Source: Acidimicrobiia bacterium (lineage in GTDB: Bacteria; Actinomycetota; Acidimicrobiia; Acidimicrobiales; JANYDT01). Taken from it: 64,000 bases of DNA. Numbering within the stretch: the stretch's first letter is position 1; every line of letters begins with the position of its first letter. Both the position numbers and the translations under genes were made by a program. The DNA lies in assembly GCA_031429095.1 (NCBI GenBank), contig JANOYY010000013.1, positions 13,719-77,718 on the forward strand, given 5' to 3'. A model generated the notes under the pieces. That model saw only the letters and a program-made list of their open reading frames with translations. It was not told the DNA's origin and did not search any database. Shown here in pieces: positions 27,785 to 36,756 of this stretch.

Positions 27785-29112
27785 TGGCCACTGTTCTAGG
27801 ACCGTCGACGGATCGCGGCAACGGCTCAACTCAACCTCGACGGACCAGCCGTCGAAGCACAACCTCGCAAAAGCTCCGACTGCTTGGCCGCACTCGCGTG
27901 GTACGTATCGGAAGGACCCGGTGGACGACGTCGTCCTTCGTCCTCCTCGCTCTGGCCACTTTGTTGACCATCGTGGGTCTCACGTTTGTGGCGTCGGCGT
28001 CATCGGTGAGCTCACTGCACACCAATGGCAGCAGCTGGACGGTCTTCAACCGTCAACTCTTCTTCGTCGTTTTCGGAATTGTCGCAATGTTCGCCGCGAC
28101 ACTGGTGCCATACCGTGTTTGGTGGGGTCTCGGTCCGATCGCATTTGGCGTGTCGGCAGCGGCCAGTACGTTCGCCGCGTTCGCCGGAGTTGAAAAGAAC
28201 GGCTCACGACGCTGGATTGGATTTGGCTCGGTCCTTGTTCAGCCTTCGGAGTTCTTGAAGCTCGGAACGGTGCTGATGTTCGCGATGGTCTTTACACATA
28301 AGAACACGGTCCGAGCGATGGGCACGAAGCGATTCATGTGGCGCACCCTTTTACCGATGAGCCTCCTCGCCGCAGGCCCCGTGATGTTGCAGCCGGACCT
28401 TGGGACAGCAGCGGTGATCATCTTTTCATTCATGGCCATCATCGTCGTCGGGGGCTTTCCCACCCGTCGACTTTTTCCCGGGCTGCTCGCTGGCGCGACC
28501 CTGGTCTCGATTTGGGCGATGTCGGCGCAATACCGCCGTGATCGCGTCACGACATTCTTGAACCCCGAGAGTGATCCGACGGGTCTGGGCTGGCACGTCA
28601 CGCAATCCAAGCTCGGATTTGCGACGGGCAAACTTTTTGGAATCGGCATCGGAGCGAGCCGTTCGAAATGGGGATGGGTCCCCAATGCACATACCGACTT
28701 TGTCTTCGCGATCATCGGCGAAGAAGTCGGCCTCGTCGGGGCCACATTGGTGCTCAGCCTCTTTGTGTCCATCGCCATTGTCGGGTTCAGCGTCGTGAAC
28801 AACGCGAAAGACCGATTCGGTTCGCTCGTCGCCGCGGGAGTGACAACTTGGATCATTTCGCAGGCGGTGTTCAACATGGGAACCGTCTTGGGGACCGTTC
28901 CCGTCACTGGAGTACCGATGCCATTTGTTTCGTCCGGAGGCTCCTCGTTTGTGGTTCTTGGAATCGCGTTCGGCATTCTCGTGAACATCTCAAGGTATTC
29001 AATCGTTCCGTCCGTGTCGGACCCGAGTGCTCGTTCGGTCAGCCATGGCGTTGGTACCGGAGTCCGGGTTCGGGGACCGGGTTCGACTTCGTCGGTGAAA
29101 CGAACCCGGTAG
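27784..29112 (+). CDS. ftsW: SEDS-family peptidoglycan glycosyltransferase FtsW
   Basis: QPSEFLK, PDLGTA, HTDFVFA and PFVSSGGSS motifs. Confidence 0.92.
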   Translation: MATVLGPSTDRGNGSTQPRRTSRRSTTSQKLRLLGRTRVVRIGRTRWTTSSFVLLALATLLTIVGLTFVASASSVSSLHTNGSSWTVFNRQLFFVVFGIVAMFAATLVPYRVWWGLGPIAFGVSAAASTFAAFAGVEKNGSRRWIGFGSVLVQPSEFLKLGTVLMFAMVFTHKNTVRAMGTKRFMWRTLLPMSLLAAGPVMLQPDLGTAAVIIFSFMAIIVVGGFPTRRLFPGLLAGATLVSIWAMSAQYRRDRVTTFLNPESDPTGLGWHVTQSKLGFATGKLFGIGIGASRSKWGWVPNAHTDFVFAIIGEEVGLVGATLVLSLFVSIAIVGFSVVNNAKDRFGSLVAAGVTTWIISQAVFNMGTVLGTVPVTGVPMPFVSSGGSSFVVLGIAFGILVNISRYSIVPSVSDPSARSVSHGVGTGVRVRGPGSTSSVKRTR

Positions 29113-29120
29113 GACCTGCC

Positions 29121-30521
29121 TTGGCCCCTGACCTTTCAGAGAAGAAACGTATACATATCATCGGCGTCGGCGGCGCGGCCATGTCCGCGATCGCGCACAT
29201 AGCGACGCGAATGGGCCACGTCGTAACGGGCAGCGATCAGAGCCCGTCACCGGCCATCGACCGACTACGTTCGGAAGGGCTCGATCTCTGGACGCCACAC
29301 GATGCCGAGCGAATTGGCACGCCTGATCTTGTAATGCTGTCCGCCGCCGTGCCCGTGACGAATCCGGAGCTTGTGACCGCACGTGAACGAAACATCTCGG
29401 TCGCAACCCGGGCTGACGTGATGGAATCACTCGGGCGCCTTCGGCGAACGATTGCAATCAGCGGAACGGCGGGCAAGACCACGACATCGGCAATGATGGC
29501 CACGGTTGCGGCTACGGCAGGTCTCAAGCCATCAATGATCGTCGGTGCCACCATCCACGGGTTCGGCAACGGCGTCGAGTGGAACGATTCCGAGTGGTTC
29601 GTCGTCGAAGCTGACGAGAGCGACGGCTCGTTCCTGCGATTCGGGGCCGAAGCGGTCATCGTCACGAACATAGAACCCGATCATCTCGATTTCTGGGGCT
29701 CGATGGGAGCCCTCGAAGCCGGATTTGATGAGTTTGTTCGACAGGCTACAGGCCCAAAAGTGATCAACGTGGACGATCCGGGATGTCGTGCGCTGTTGCG
29801 GCGCGTCGGACCGATAGCGGGCCTGATCACGTTCGGAACAAATGCTGATGCCTCCTATCGGATGGTGAACTACGCAGCAGATGGTCTGAATAGCAGCTTC
29901 GAGGTGCTCTCCGCCGGCCGTTCGGCGATACCCGTTTCGCTGGGCGTGCCGGGAAAGCACAACGCAATGAACGCGGTGGCTGCCCTTGCCATGGCGATCG
30001 AGCTCGGACTGGCGCCTGTCGACGCAACAAAGGGACTGGCTGATTTTCGTGGAGCATCACGCCGCTTCGAATTTCGCGGGGTGGGCAATGGGGTCACGTT
30101 CGTCGACGACTATGCGCACCTCCCGGCGAAAGCCAGGTCTGCGGTTGACGCCGCACTCCTCGGAAATTGGCCCCGTGTCGTCGCGGTGTACCAGCCACAT
30201 AGATACACCCGGACGCGAGACCTGTGGCAGGACCATCGAGATTCGTTCGTCGGCGTGGACATGCTCATCGTCACAGGCATCTATGCCGCAGGGCAGCAGC
30301 CCATTCCCGGGGTTTCGGGAAAACTCATTGCCGACGAGGTACTACGTGTACATCCCAATCAACGCGTGATCTATTGCGAGACCAGGGACGAACTCGTCGC
30401 GACGCTTACACGCGAGTTACGTGAGGGGGACCTGTGCCTTACAATGAATGCTGGCGATCTGACGACGCTTCCGGACCAGCTCCTCAACTCACCGTGGAAC
30501 AAAAGCCGGAGCGCTACGTGA
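29121..30521 (+). CDS. murC: UDP-N-acetylmuramate--L-alanine ligase
   Basis: IHIIGVGGAAMSAIA, GTAGKTTTSAM and EADESDGSF motifs. I place the start at the in-frame TTG at 29121, just after the ftsW stop. The track ORF starts at 28668 and overlaps ftsW. Confidence 0.9.
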   Translation: MAPDLSEKKRIHIIGVGGAAMSAIAHIATRMGHVVTGSDQSPSPAIDRLRSEGLDLWTPHDAERIGTPDLVMLSAAVPVTNPELVTARERNISVATRADVMESLGRLRRTIAISGTAGKTTTSAMMATVAATAGLKPSMIVGATIHGFGNGVEWNDSEWFVVEADESDGSFLRFGAEAVIVTNIEPDHLDFWGSMGALEAGFDEFVRQATGPKVINVDDPGCRALLRRVGPIAGLITFGTNADASYRMVNYAADGLNSSFEVLSAGRSAIPVSLGVPGKHNAMNAVAALAMAIELGLAPVDATKGLADFRGASRRFEFRGVGNGVTFVDDYAHLPAKARSAVDAALLGNWPRVVAVYQPHRYTRTRDLWQDHRDSFVGVDMLIVTGIYAAGQQPIPGVSGKLIADEVLRVHPNQRVIYCETRDELVATLTRELREGDLCLTMNAGDLTTLPDQLLNSPWNKSRSAT

Positions 30522-31489
30522 GTAGCGACAACCTCGAGCTCGCGATTCGCGCGATTGGGGAGCGCGGCGAACGAGGAGTTCCGCTCTCGTTGTTCACAAC
30601 GTTTCGCATCGGAGGACCGGCGGAGGTCCTCGTTCGTCCGAAGTCGATCCCCGAACTCGTGGATATCGCCCATGCGTTCGCCGGAATCGACGTCCCTTTT
30701 CTCGTGGTTGGCCAAGGCTCGAACCTATTGATCGGCGACGCTGGATTTCGGGGCGTGGTGATCGTCCTCGACGGAGCCTTCGCCGAATGGAAGGACGAAG
30801 GGCTGCTCGTCGAAGCAGGAGCGGCCGTCAAGATGCCGGTCCTCGCCCGCCAAACTGCGCACCTCGGCCTCCGTGGACTCGAGTGGATGGTGGGCGTGCC
30901 AGGCTCTGTCGGCGGTGCCGTCTGTATGAACGCCGGTGGTCACGGCTCTGATATTGCCGACAATCTCCGCTGCGCCACGATTCTCGATTTACGAGACGCA
31001 ACCGTGCGCACCCGAGACGTCGAAGTGCTCGACCTGTCCTACCGCCACTCCGCCATCGAAGCTCACGAACTCGTCATGTCAGCGACGTTCCAGTGCGCGG
31101 CCGGAGATCGCTCGGCTGCTGAGGCCGAGATCTCCTCGATTGTTCGATGGCGACGAGAACATCAGCCTGGCGGAGCAAATTGCGGCAGCGTGTTCACAAA
31201 CCCACCGGGGGATTCGGCAGGACGTCTGATTGATGCGACAGGCCTTCGCGGCTTCCAGATCGGCACAGCACAGGTATCCCCGAAACATGCGAACTTCATC
31301 CAAGCCGCAGAGCATGCCACGGCGGCAGATGTATGGGCGCTTATCGTCGAAGTGCGTCGGCGGGTTTTCGACAACTTCGGCGTTGAGCTTCACCCCGAAG
31401 TGAGAACCGTCGGATTCGACAGCCTGCTGGAGCCGCTTGCCAACAACACAAATCCTGCACCCCAACGCGACACCGACCCGACCCAGTAG
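30518..31489 (+). CDS. murB: UDP-N-acetylenolpyruvoylglucosamine reductase
   Basis: FRIGGPAEVLV, GQGSNLL and GCGSVF-like NCGSVFTNP motifs. The GTG at 30518 overlaps (GTGA) the murC stop. Confidence 0.9.
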   Translation: MSSDNLELAIRAIGERGERGVPLSLFTTFRIGGPAEVLVRPKSIPELVDIAHAFAGIDVPFLVVGQGSNLLIGDAGFRGVVIVLDGAFAEWKDEGLLVEAGAAVKMPVLARQTAHLGLRGLEWMVGVPGSVGGAVCMNAGGHGSDIADNLRCATILDLRDATVRTRDVEVLDLSYRHSAIEAHELVMSATFQCAAGDRSAAEAEISSIVRWRREHQPGGANCGSVFTNPPGDSAGRLIDATGLRGFQIGTAQVSPKHANFIQAAEHATAADVWALIVEVRRRVFDNFGVELHPEVRTVGFDSLLEPLANNTNPAPQRDTDPTQ

Positions 31490-31512
31490 TTCGTACTACC
31501 GAAGGAACTCAC

Positions 31513-32583
31513 ATGACCATCACGCTCGAGCCGACGACGCAACCCATCGATTTCGATCAGCTCCCCCCATTTGAGGGCGAGTTCGCTGAACCAACTCGCG
31601 ACAACACAAAGAGCCGACATGTCCGAGATATCAGAGATATCAGACATGTCAGACATGTCAGCCATGTCCGAGATGTCCGACGACCTGGCGTGGTCGGGGC
31701 AGTTGCAGTTCGCCCGATCCTTGCCGAAGCGACAGCGGCTTCGGAAACACCGCCCATTGGCCGTCGGCGTCGATGGGACTGGCGAGAGGTTGTCCAGGGT
31801 GGCCAACGTTGGTCGCCTCAAACACCGATGGACCCGGCAATTGCGCGTCGACGTGTCGAAGTCGCGGAGACGAGGCCCCGCATTGCCGCATCAATGGTCG
31901 CATGGGGAATCGGTCTCGCGTTGGTACTCATCGCAGTGGCGATGTTGTTCTCTCCGTGGATGTCGGTGCGCAGCGTCGAAGTGGTGGGCGGGAATCCAGC
32001 GATTGCGGCCCAGGTGCGAAGCATCGCCGACCGCCGGATCGGCACCGCGATGATCCGCTTCCCGGTCGATGAGATTCGGAGGACGATCAAGAATCAACCC
32101 GACATCGCGACGGTCGAAGTCGCCAAGCATTGGCCGGAGCAGGTCCAGATTCGTATCACCGTGCGCGAGCCGTTCGCGGTGGTCAGCATCGATGGAGCCG
32201 ACCGGCAACTTATTGATCGTTCCGGGGTGGTCCTCCCGACGCGGGCGACGCCGCCTCTGCCGTTGATCGCCGTGAATGCAGATGCAACGCGAAACAGCAA
32301 CGCAACCCCGACGGGGTCTGCGGAAAAGCTCGAATCGCGCCGAACATCGGCCCTTGCAATCCTGGCCGCGCTTGACGAAGGGACCCGACGCGCAGTCGAT
32401 CGCGTAGACAATTTCGGCGACGAATTCGTGCTTCGGATGGGAAAGGCGAGCGTATTGGTCGGGCGACCCGACGACCTCACGGCAAAGGCGATGCTTGTCG
32501 GGTCGCTGCATCGCAGCGAACGTCTTCCGAAAAGCGGAACCATCGACGTAACGATCCCCGATGCCGTCATTTTGGGCGAATAA
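31513..32583 (+). CDS. ftsQ: Cell division protein FtsQ (POTRA plus FtsQ domain), start uncertain
   Basis: TM segment MVAWGIGLALVLIAVAMLF followed by POTRA-like VRSVEVVGG...I. The position between murB and ftsZ fits. An alternative start is the ATG at 31828 (MDPAIARRR...). Confidence 0.8.
   Translation: MTITLEPTTQPIDFDQLPPFEGEFAEPTRDNTKSRHVRDIRDIRHVRHVSHVRDVRRPGVVGAVAVRPILAEATAASETPPIGRRRRWDWREVVQGGQRWSPQTPMDPAIARRRVEVAETRPRIAASMVAWGIGLALVLIAVAMLFSPWMSVRSVEVVGGNPAIAAQVRSIADRRIGTAMIRFPVDEIRRTIKNQPDIATVEVAKHWPEQVQIRITVREPFAVVSIDGADRQLIDRSGVVLPTRATPPLPLIAVNADATRNSNATPTGSAEKLESRRTSALAILAALDEGTRRAVDRVDNFGDEFVLRMGKASVLVGRPDDLTAKAMLVGSLHRSERLPKSGTIDVTIPDAVILGE
31616..31678. repeat. 9-bp imperfect tandem repeat x7 (gacatgtcc/gagatatca family)
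   Basis: Read directly. Gives RHVRDIRDIRHVRHVSHVRDV in the ftsQ frame and acidic SEISEISDMSDMS in the +1 frame. Confidence 0.85.
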
Positions 32584-32739
32584 TTACTGTTCGGACAGAT
32601 TTCTTCCCTGGAGTCCCCAATTCATGCCCTATTCACCGGTAACCTGTCCCCTTTGAAGTCTGTGTTTCTGTCGCTGGTCGCGTTTGCGAACTCGCCTGGA
32701 AACCCATTATGTCGGTCGTGTGAGAGAAGAGGTCCCTCG

Positions 32740-33831
32740 GTGGTTCCACCACAGAACTACTTAGCAGTCATCAAAGTCGTCGGTGCGGGCGGCGGCGGCG
32801 TGAACGCTGTTAATCGCATGATCGAAGCGGGGCTCAAGGGCGTCGAGTTCATCGGCGTGAACACCGACGCTCAGGCGTTGTTGATGAGCGATGCCGACGT
32901 AAAGCTCGACATCGGCCGCGAACTCACTAGGGGACTGGGGGCGGGATCAGACCCGGAAATCGGTCGTCGAGCCGCCGAGGAACACCACGACGAAATCCAA
33001 GAGGCAATCAAAGGTGCCGACATGGTGTTCATTACCGCAGGCGAGGGCGGCGGCACAGGCACCGGAGCTGCGCCCGTCATCGCGGAGATCGCCAAAGCAC
33101 ACGGTGCACTGACGATCGGCGTCGTGACACGGCCATTTAGTTTTGAGGGTCGCCGACGCGGCGTCCAGGCAGAAACCGGAATCGCCTCGCTTCGGGAAAA
33201 AGTCGACACGCTTATTGTCATTCCGAACGACCGACTGCTCACCGTTGCTTCCGACAAGACGACGATGCTCAACGCCTTCAAAATGGCCGACGAAGTGTTG
33301 TTGCAAGGTGTGCAGGGCATCACCGACCTCATCACAATCCCCGGTCTCATCAACACGGACTTTGCCGACGTCAAAGCCATTCTCCACGACGCAGGATCTG
33401 CACTCATGGGTATCGGTTACGGCAGCGGCAATGGCCGAGCTGCAACCGCAGCACGTCAGGCGATCTCGTCGCCGCTCCTCGAGGCGTCGATCGAAGGTGC
33501 ACGTGGCATTTTGTTCAACATCAGCGGGAGCAGCGACCTTGGCCTGTTCGAGGTGAATGAGGCTGCCGAGATCATTCAGAGTGTCGCCCATCCTGATGCC
33601 AACATCATTTTCGGCAATGTCATTGATGATTCGATGGGCGACGAAGTTCGCGTGACCGTCATCGCGGCTGGTTTCGATCGTTGGGACGACCGTCGTAATC
33701 CGGCGAAAGCTGATACCCCGACGCCGCGCCCGGCTCCGTCCAATCCGGCGGATGCGATGTTTTCGAACCCGACCGACGATGACCTGGGATTCGACGATGA
33801 CGAGTTCGACGTCCCGTCGTTCTTGAAATAG
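32740..33831 (+). CDS. ftsZ: Cell division GTPase FtsZ
   Basis: [28 protein letters not shown] and NDRL motifs. GTG at 32740 is preceded by gagaagagg. The track ORF starts at 32653. Confidence 0.95.
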   Translation: MVPPQNYLAVIKVVGAGGGGVNAVNRMIEAGLKGVEFIGVNTDAQALLMSDADVKLDIGRELTRGLGAGSDPEIGRRAAEEHHDEIQEAIKGADMVFITAGEGGGTGTGAAPVIAEIAKAHGALTIGVVTRPFSFEGRRRGVQAETGIASLREKVDTLIVIPNDRLLTVASDKTTMLNAFKMADEVLLQGVQGITDLITIPGLINTDFADVKAILHDAGSALMGIGYGSGNGRAATAARQAISSPLLEASIEGARGILFNISGSSDLGLFEVNEAAEIIQSVAHPDANIIFGNVIDDSMGDEVRVTVIAAGFDRWDDRRNPAKADTPTPRPAPSNPADAMFSNPTDDDLGFDDDEFDVPSFLK

Positions 33832-33862
33832 CCGGTCGGCTCGAAGGAGGTCCTTCGGCCCG

Positions 33863-34534
33863 ATGAGTTCGCCTGAGGTAACGGTCGTGACCCAGTTGAA
33901 CCTTTGTGTGCGATTCGAGGACAAGCGCCTTGGATCGGTTGATATCGCACGACAAGATGGCTCCGTCACATGGCTGCACCAGGTTCACGGAGCCCAGGTT
34001 GTCGTCGTTGACCAAATCGGGGCACATGTCGCCGATTCGGCCGACGCCGCGGTCACGAACGTCGTCGGTGCGAAGCTGCTGATCCGGAGCGCGGATTGTG
34101 CTCCGGTGCTCTTCGTCGGCGAACGAGACGGCCACGTTTGTTGTATCGGCGTTGCCCACGCCGGTTGGAAGGGGTTGCTCGCGGGGGTCCTTCCTGCGAC
34201 GGCTGGCGCACTGCGCAGACTCGGGGCCACAGAGATTCGAGCGACCCTCTACCCGTGCATTGGCCCCGAGTGCTACGAGTTCGGTGAACAAGATCTCGAC
34301 GCCGTCGTGGCGTCGCTCGGGAATTCGGTCCGAAGCAAAACCGCCGCCGGTACCGTTGCTCTCGACCTGATCGAGGCGGTGCGCTGTTCGTTGAATACGG
34401 CCGGTGTCGACGCGCTCGACACATCGCTGTGGTCGTGCACGTCATGTGACGAATCCCGGTTCTTCTCCTATCGGACGCGTCGCGAGCAGGGACGGCTCGG
34501 ATTGTTTGCATGGCTCGAAACAGCCCGGCCGTGA
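33863..34534 (+). CDS. pgeF: YfiH/PgeF family (DUF152) purine nucleoside phosphorylase/laccase-like protein
   Basis: QVHG, SADCAPV, HAGWKG and C..C...FFS motifs. Canonical position after ftsZ. Confidence 0.85.
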   Translation: MSSPEVTVVTQLNLCVRFEDKRLGSVDIARQDGSVTWLHQVHGAQVVVVDQIGAHVADSADAAVTNVVGAKLLIRSADCAPVLFVGERDGHVCCIGVAHAGWKGLLAGVLPATAGALRRLGATEIRATLYPCIGPECYEFGEQDLDAVVASLGNSVRSKTAAGTVALDLIEAVRCSLNTAGVDALDTSLWSCTSCDESRFFSYRTRREQGRLGLFAWLETARP

Positions 34535-34537
34535 GCG

Positions 34538-35221
34538 ATGTCTGAGCAACCCCAAGTCGGCGAAACGGCGATCATCGCCGCGAATCTGGCGGATCTGCGT
34601 CGTCGTATTCGCGACGCCGCCGCTCACCGAGACGTCGACATCGTCGCCGTGTCGAAAGGCCAACCGGTTACGGCCATCCGGGCTGCAGTTGGAGCTGGGC
34701 TGAAGATGTTCGGCGAGAACTACGCCGACGAACTCGTGGAGAAGGCGACCCACCCGAGTTTGGCGGATCTAGGAATTCGATGGACGTATCAGGGTCGGCT
34801 GCAAACGAACAAAATCAACCGCCTGGTGCCTCACGTGAGTCTGTGGCAAACCGTCGACACGGTCGAACGAGCGCAGGCCCTGGCCCGGCGCGCACCGGGC
34901 GCAACCGTCCTCATACAGATAAACATCACGGGAGACGGCCAACGAAGTGGAATGGCTGCAACGCAGGCCAGCGCAGTCATTGAGGCCTCACGACTCGTGG
35001 GTCTCGACGTCGTGGGAATAATGGGCGTGGGGCACGATCCCAACACCCCGGGGGTTTCGGCCGACGATTGTCGCCGAGCGTTCTCCGATGCGGTTTCCGT
35101 TGCGAATGATCATGGTTTGGTGATCCGATCCCTTGGGATGTCGAGCGATTTCGAACTTGCGCTGCAAGCGGGCGCCACCATGGTCCGTATCGGTTCGCTG
35201 CTCTTTGGACCTCGCGCCTAG
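34538..35221 (+). CDS. yggS: YggS-family pyridoxal-phosphate homeostasis protein
   Basis: AVSKGQP Lys motif, GENYADE, W...G.LQTNK and SLGMS motifs. Confidence 0.88.
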   Translation: MSEQPQVGETAIIAANLADLRRRIRDAAAHRDVDIVAVSKGQPVTAIRAAVGAGLKMFGENYADELVEKATHPSLADLGIRWTYQGRLQTNKINRLVPHVSLWQTVDTVERAQALARRAPGATVLIQINITGDGQRSGMAATQASAVIEASRLVGLDVVGIMGVGHDPNTPGVSADDCRRAFSDAVSVANDHGLVIRSLGMSSDFELALQAGATMVRIGSLLFGPRA

Positions 35222-35314
35222 TCGGCGAACCCCGTTCGACAAAAACTGTCTCGGTTGGAGGCGAAGTTCCGGAAACGACGGACAACAGCGATTAGGCTGG
35301 CGGCGGAGGGCTAC

Positions 35315-35860
35315 ATGGCTGGATTTCGCAAATTTTGGGACGCGCTCGGTCTAAGCGATGGCGACGCATACCCTGACTATGAACCGTACGAGGATCAGTC
35401 GCCGGTCGCGACGCGCCCTACGCGACCGATGCCCGGATATTCACCGCCGGCTCAAGTCGAATCCGAGGCAGTTTCCAACGTGCGCGCGCTGCCGATTCTT
35501 CCGGCCGACGGTGGGGTAGGAGCAATTCAAACTCGACCAGCGCCGCCGGCTTCAGGGTCGGTGCGGCCAATTCCTGCGCCCGCCGCTGCCAAGGTCCAGG
35601 TGGTTGCCCCGACGTCGTTCCATGACGCACAAGAGATCGGCGAGTCGTTCCGCAGCGGACAACCGGTCATCATCAACCTTGGTGGCGTCGACCGGGACCT
35701 CAAGCGACGATTGGTGGATTTCGCTGCTGGCCTCATCTTTGGTCTGCAGGGCGAGATGCAGCGAGTCGCCGAGAGCGTGTTCATGCTGACACCGAAGAAC
35801 GTGGAAGTGTCGGCCGACGAGCGCCGGAAACTGCAAGAACGTGGTTTGCTCGGCAGCTAA
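35315..35860 (+). CDS. sepF: Cell division protein SepF
   Basis: MAGFRKFWDALGL N-terminus and the FHDAQEIGESFRSGQPVIINL...RRLVDFAAGL core. Start at the ATG at 35315, preceded by ggcggaggg. Confidence 0.9.
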   Translation: MAGFRKFWDALGLSDGDAYPDYEPYEDQSPVATRPTRPMPGYSPPAQVESEAVSNVRALPILPADGGVGAIQTRPAPPASGSVRPIPAPAAAKVQVVAPTSFHDAQEIGESFRSGQPVIINLGGVDRDLKRRLVDFAAGLIFGLQGEMQRVAESVFMLTPKNVEVSADERRKLQERGLLGS

Positions 35861-35908
35861 CCGCGGTGAGCCCGTATCTGCGTTTTTGCTGCTGAACCAA
35901 AGGGTGCC

Positions 35909-36694
35909 ATGGAACTGACGGTTGAGGTGCTTCGCGAAGCGGAGTTTCGAGAAGGGTGGCGGGGTTACAACCCCGTCGACGTTGACGAGTTCATCGACCG
36001 TGTTTCGGTTGGGGTACAAGAACTTCATGATCGAATTCATGCACTGACCGTTCGTGCGGAGCGCGCCGAGTCACGACTCGGCGGAGAAAACGACGAGACC
36101 GTAAAGCGGACTCTGGTACTTGCCCAGCGCGCGGCCGACCTCGTCGTCAGCGAGGCGAAGTCTGTCGCCGAACGTATAGTGCAAGACGCGCATCGCGAGG
36201 CGGAGAGGACAGTCGCCGACGCAAACGCAGCCGCAGCCGCCAAACGGGAGCAATTCGATCACGAAATTGCAATCGCCACCGAGCGCAAACGAGCCGATGC
36301 CCAGGCCGAGCACGAGCAATTGATGCACGGTTTGCGCGAGCACGAACAGGTCGCGCACCGTCAGGCACAGCTGGCCTCGGCACGGGCCAATGAACTCAAC
36401 GCGCAAGTCGTTGCGCTACGTGATCGCTTTCGATCGGCGCTCACCGATCAGATCGTGCGACTCGATCATCTCGTCGATTCCACCCCCGCCGCGGGCGACA
36501 CGACATCGACTTCAACGGTCCCATCGGGCGCTGCGACGCCAGGCGTCGGGGTCGCATCAGAGCCTTCAGAGCCTTCAGAGCAAGCAATGTCAAGGTCCGT
36601 GTTGCCAGACTTTCTTCGAGTTCCAGCAGCGGCTAACGAGGATCGGACCGACGCCCCAGGCCCAGATTCCAAGGTGGACGACGCGGTGAACTGA
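35909..36694 (+). CDS. divIVA: DivIVA-family protein (Wag31-like)
   Basis: EFREGWRGYNPVDVDEFIDRV N-terminal DivIVA domain followed by a long coiled coil. Confidence 0.9.
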   Translation: MELTVEVLREAEFREGWRGYNPVDVDEFIDRVSVGVQELHDRIHALTVRAERAESRLGGENDETVKRTLVLAQRAADLVVSEAKSVAERIVQDAHREAERTVADANAAAAAKREQFDHEIAIATERKRADAQAEHEQLMHGLREHEQVAHRQAQLASARANELNAQVVALRDRFRSALTDQIVRLDHLVDSTPAAGDTTSTSTVPSGAATPGVGVASEPSEPSEQAMSRSVLPDFLRVPAAANEDRTDAPGPDSKVDDAVN

Positions 36695-36756
36695 CCCGTT
36701 GTTGCGCGGAGTCCGCCGATGGGTCAAAAACTGGTGGTAAGGTCCGCCGTCCTCTG

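Noticed and set aside
26789-28988. Minus-strand ORFs 26789..27658 and 28239..28988
   Set aside because: They are antisense shadows of mraY and ftsW.
32947-33969. 340-aa minus-strand ORF
   Set aside because: It is the antisense shadow of ftsZ.
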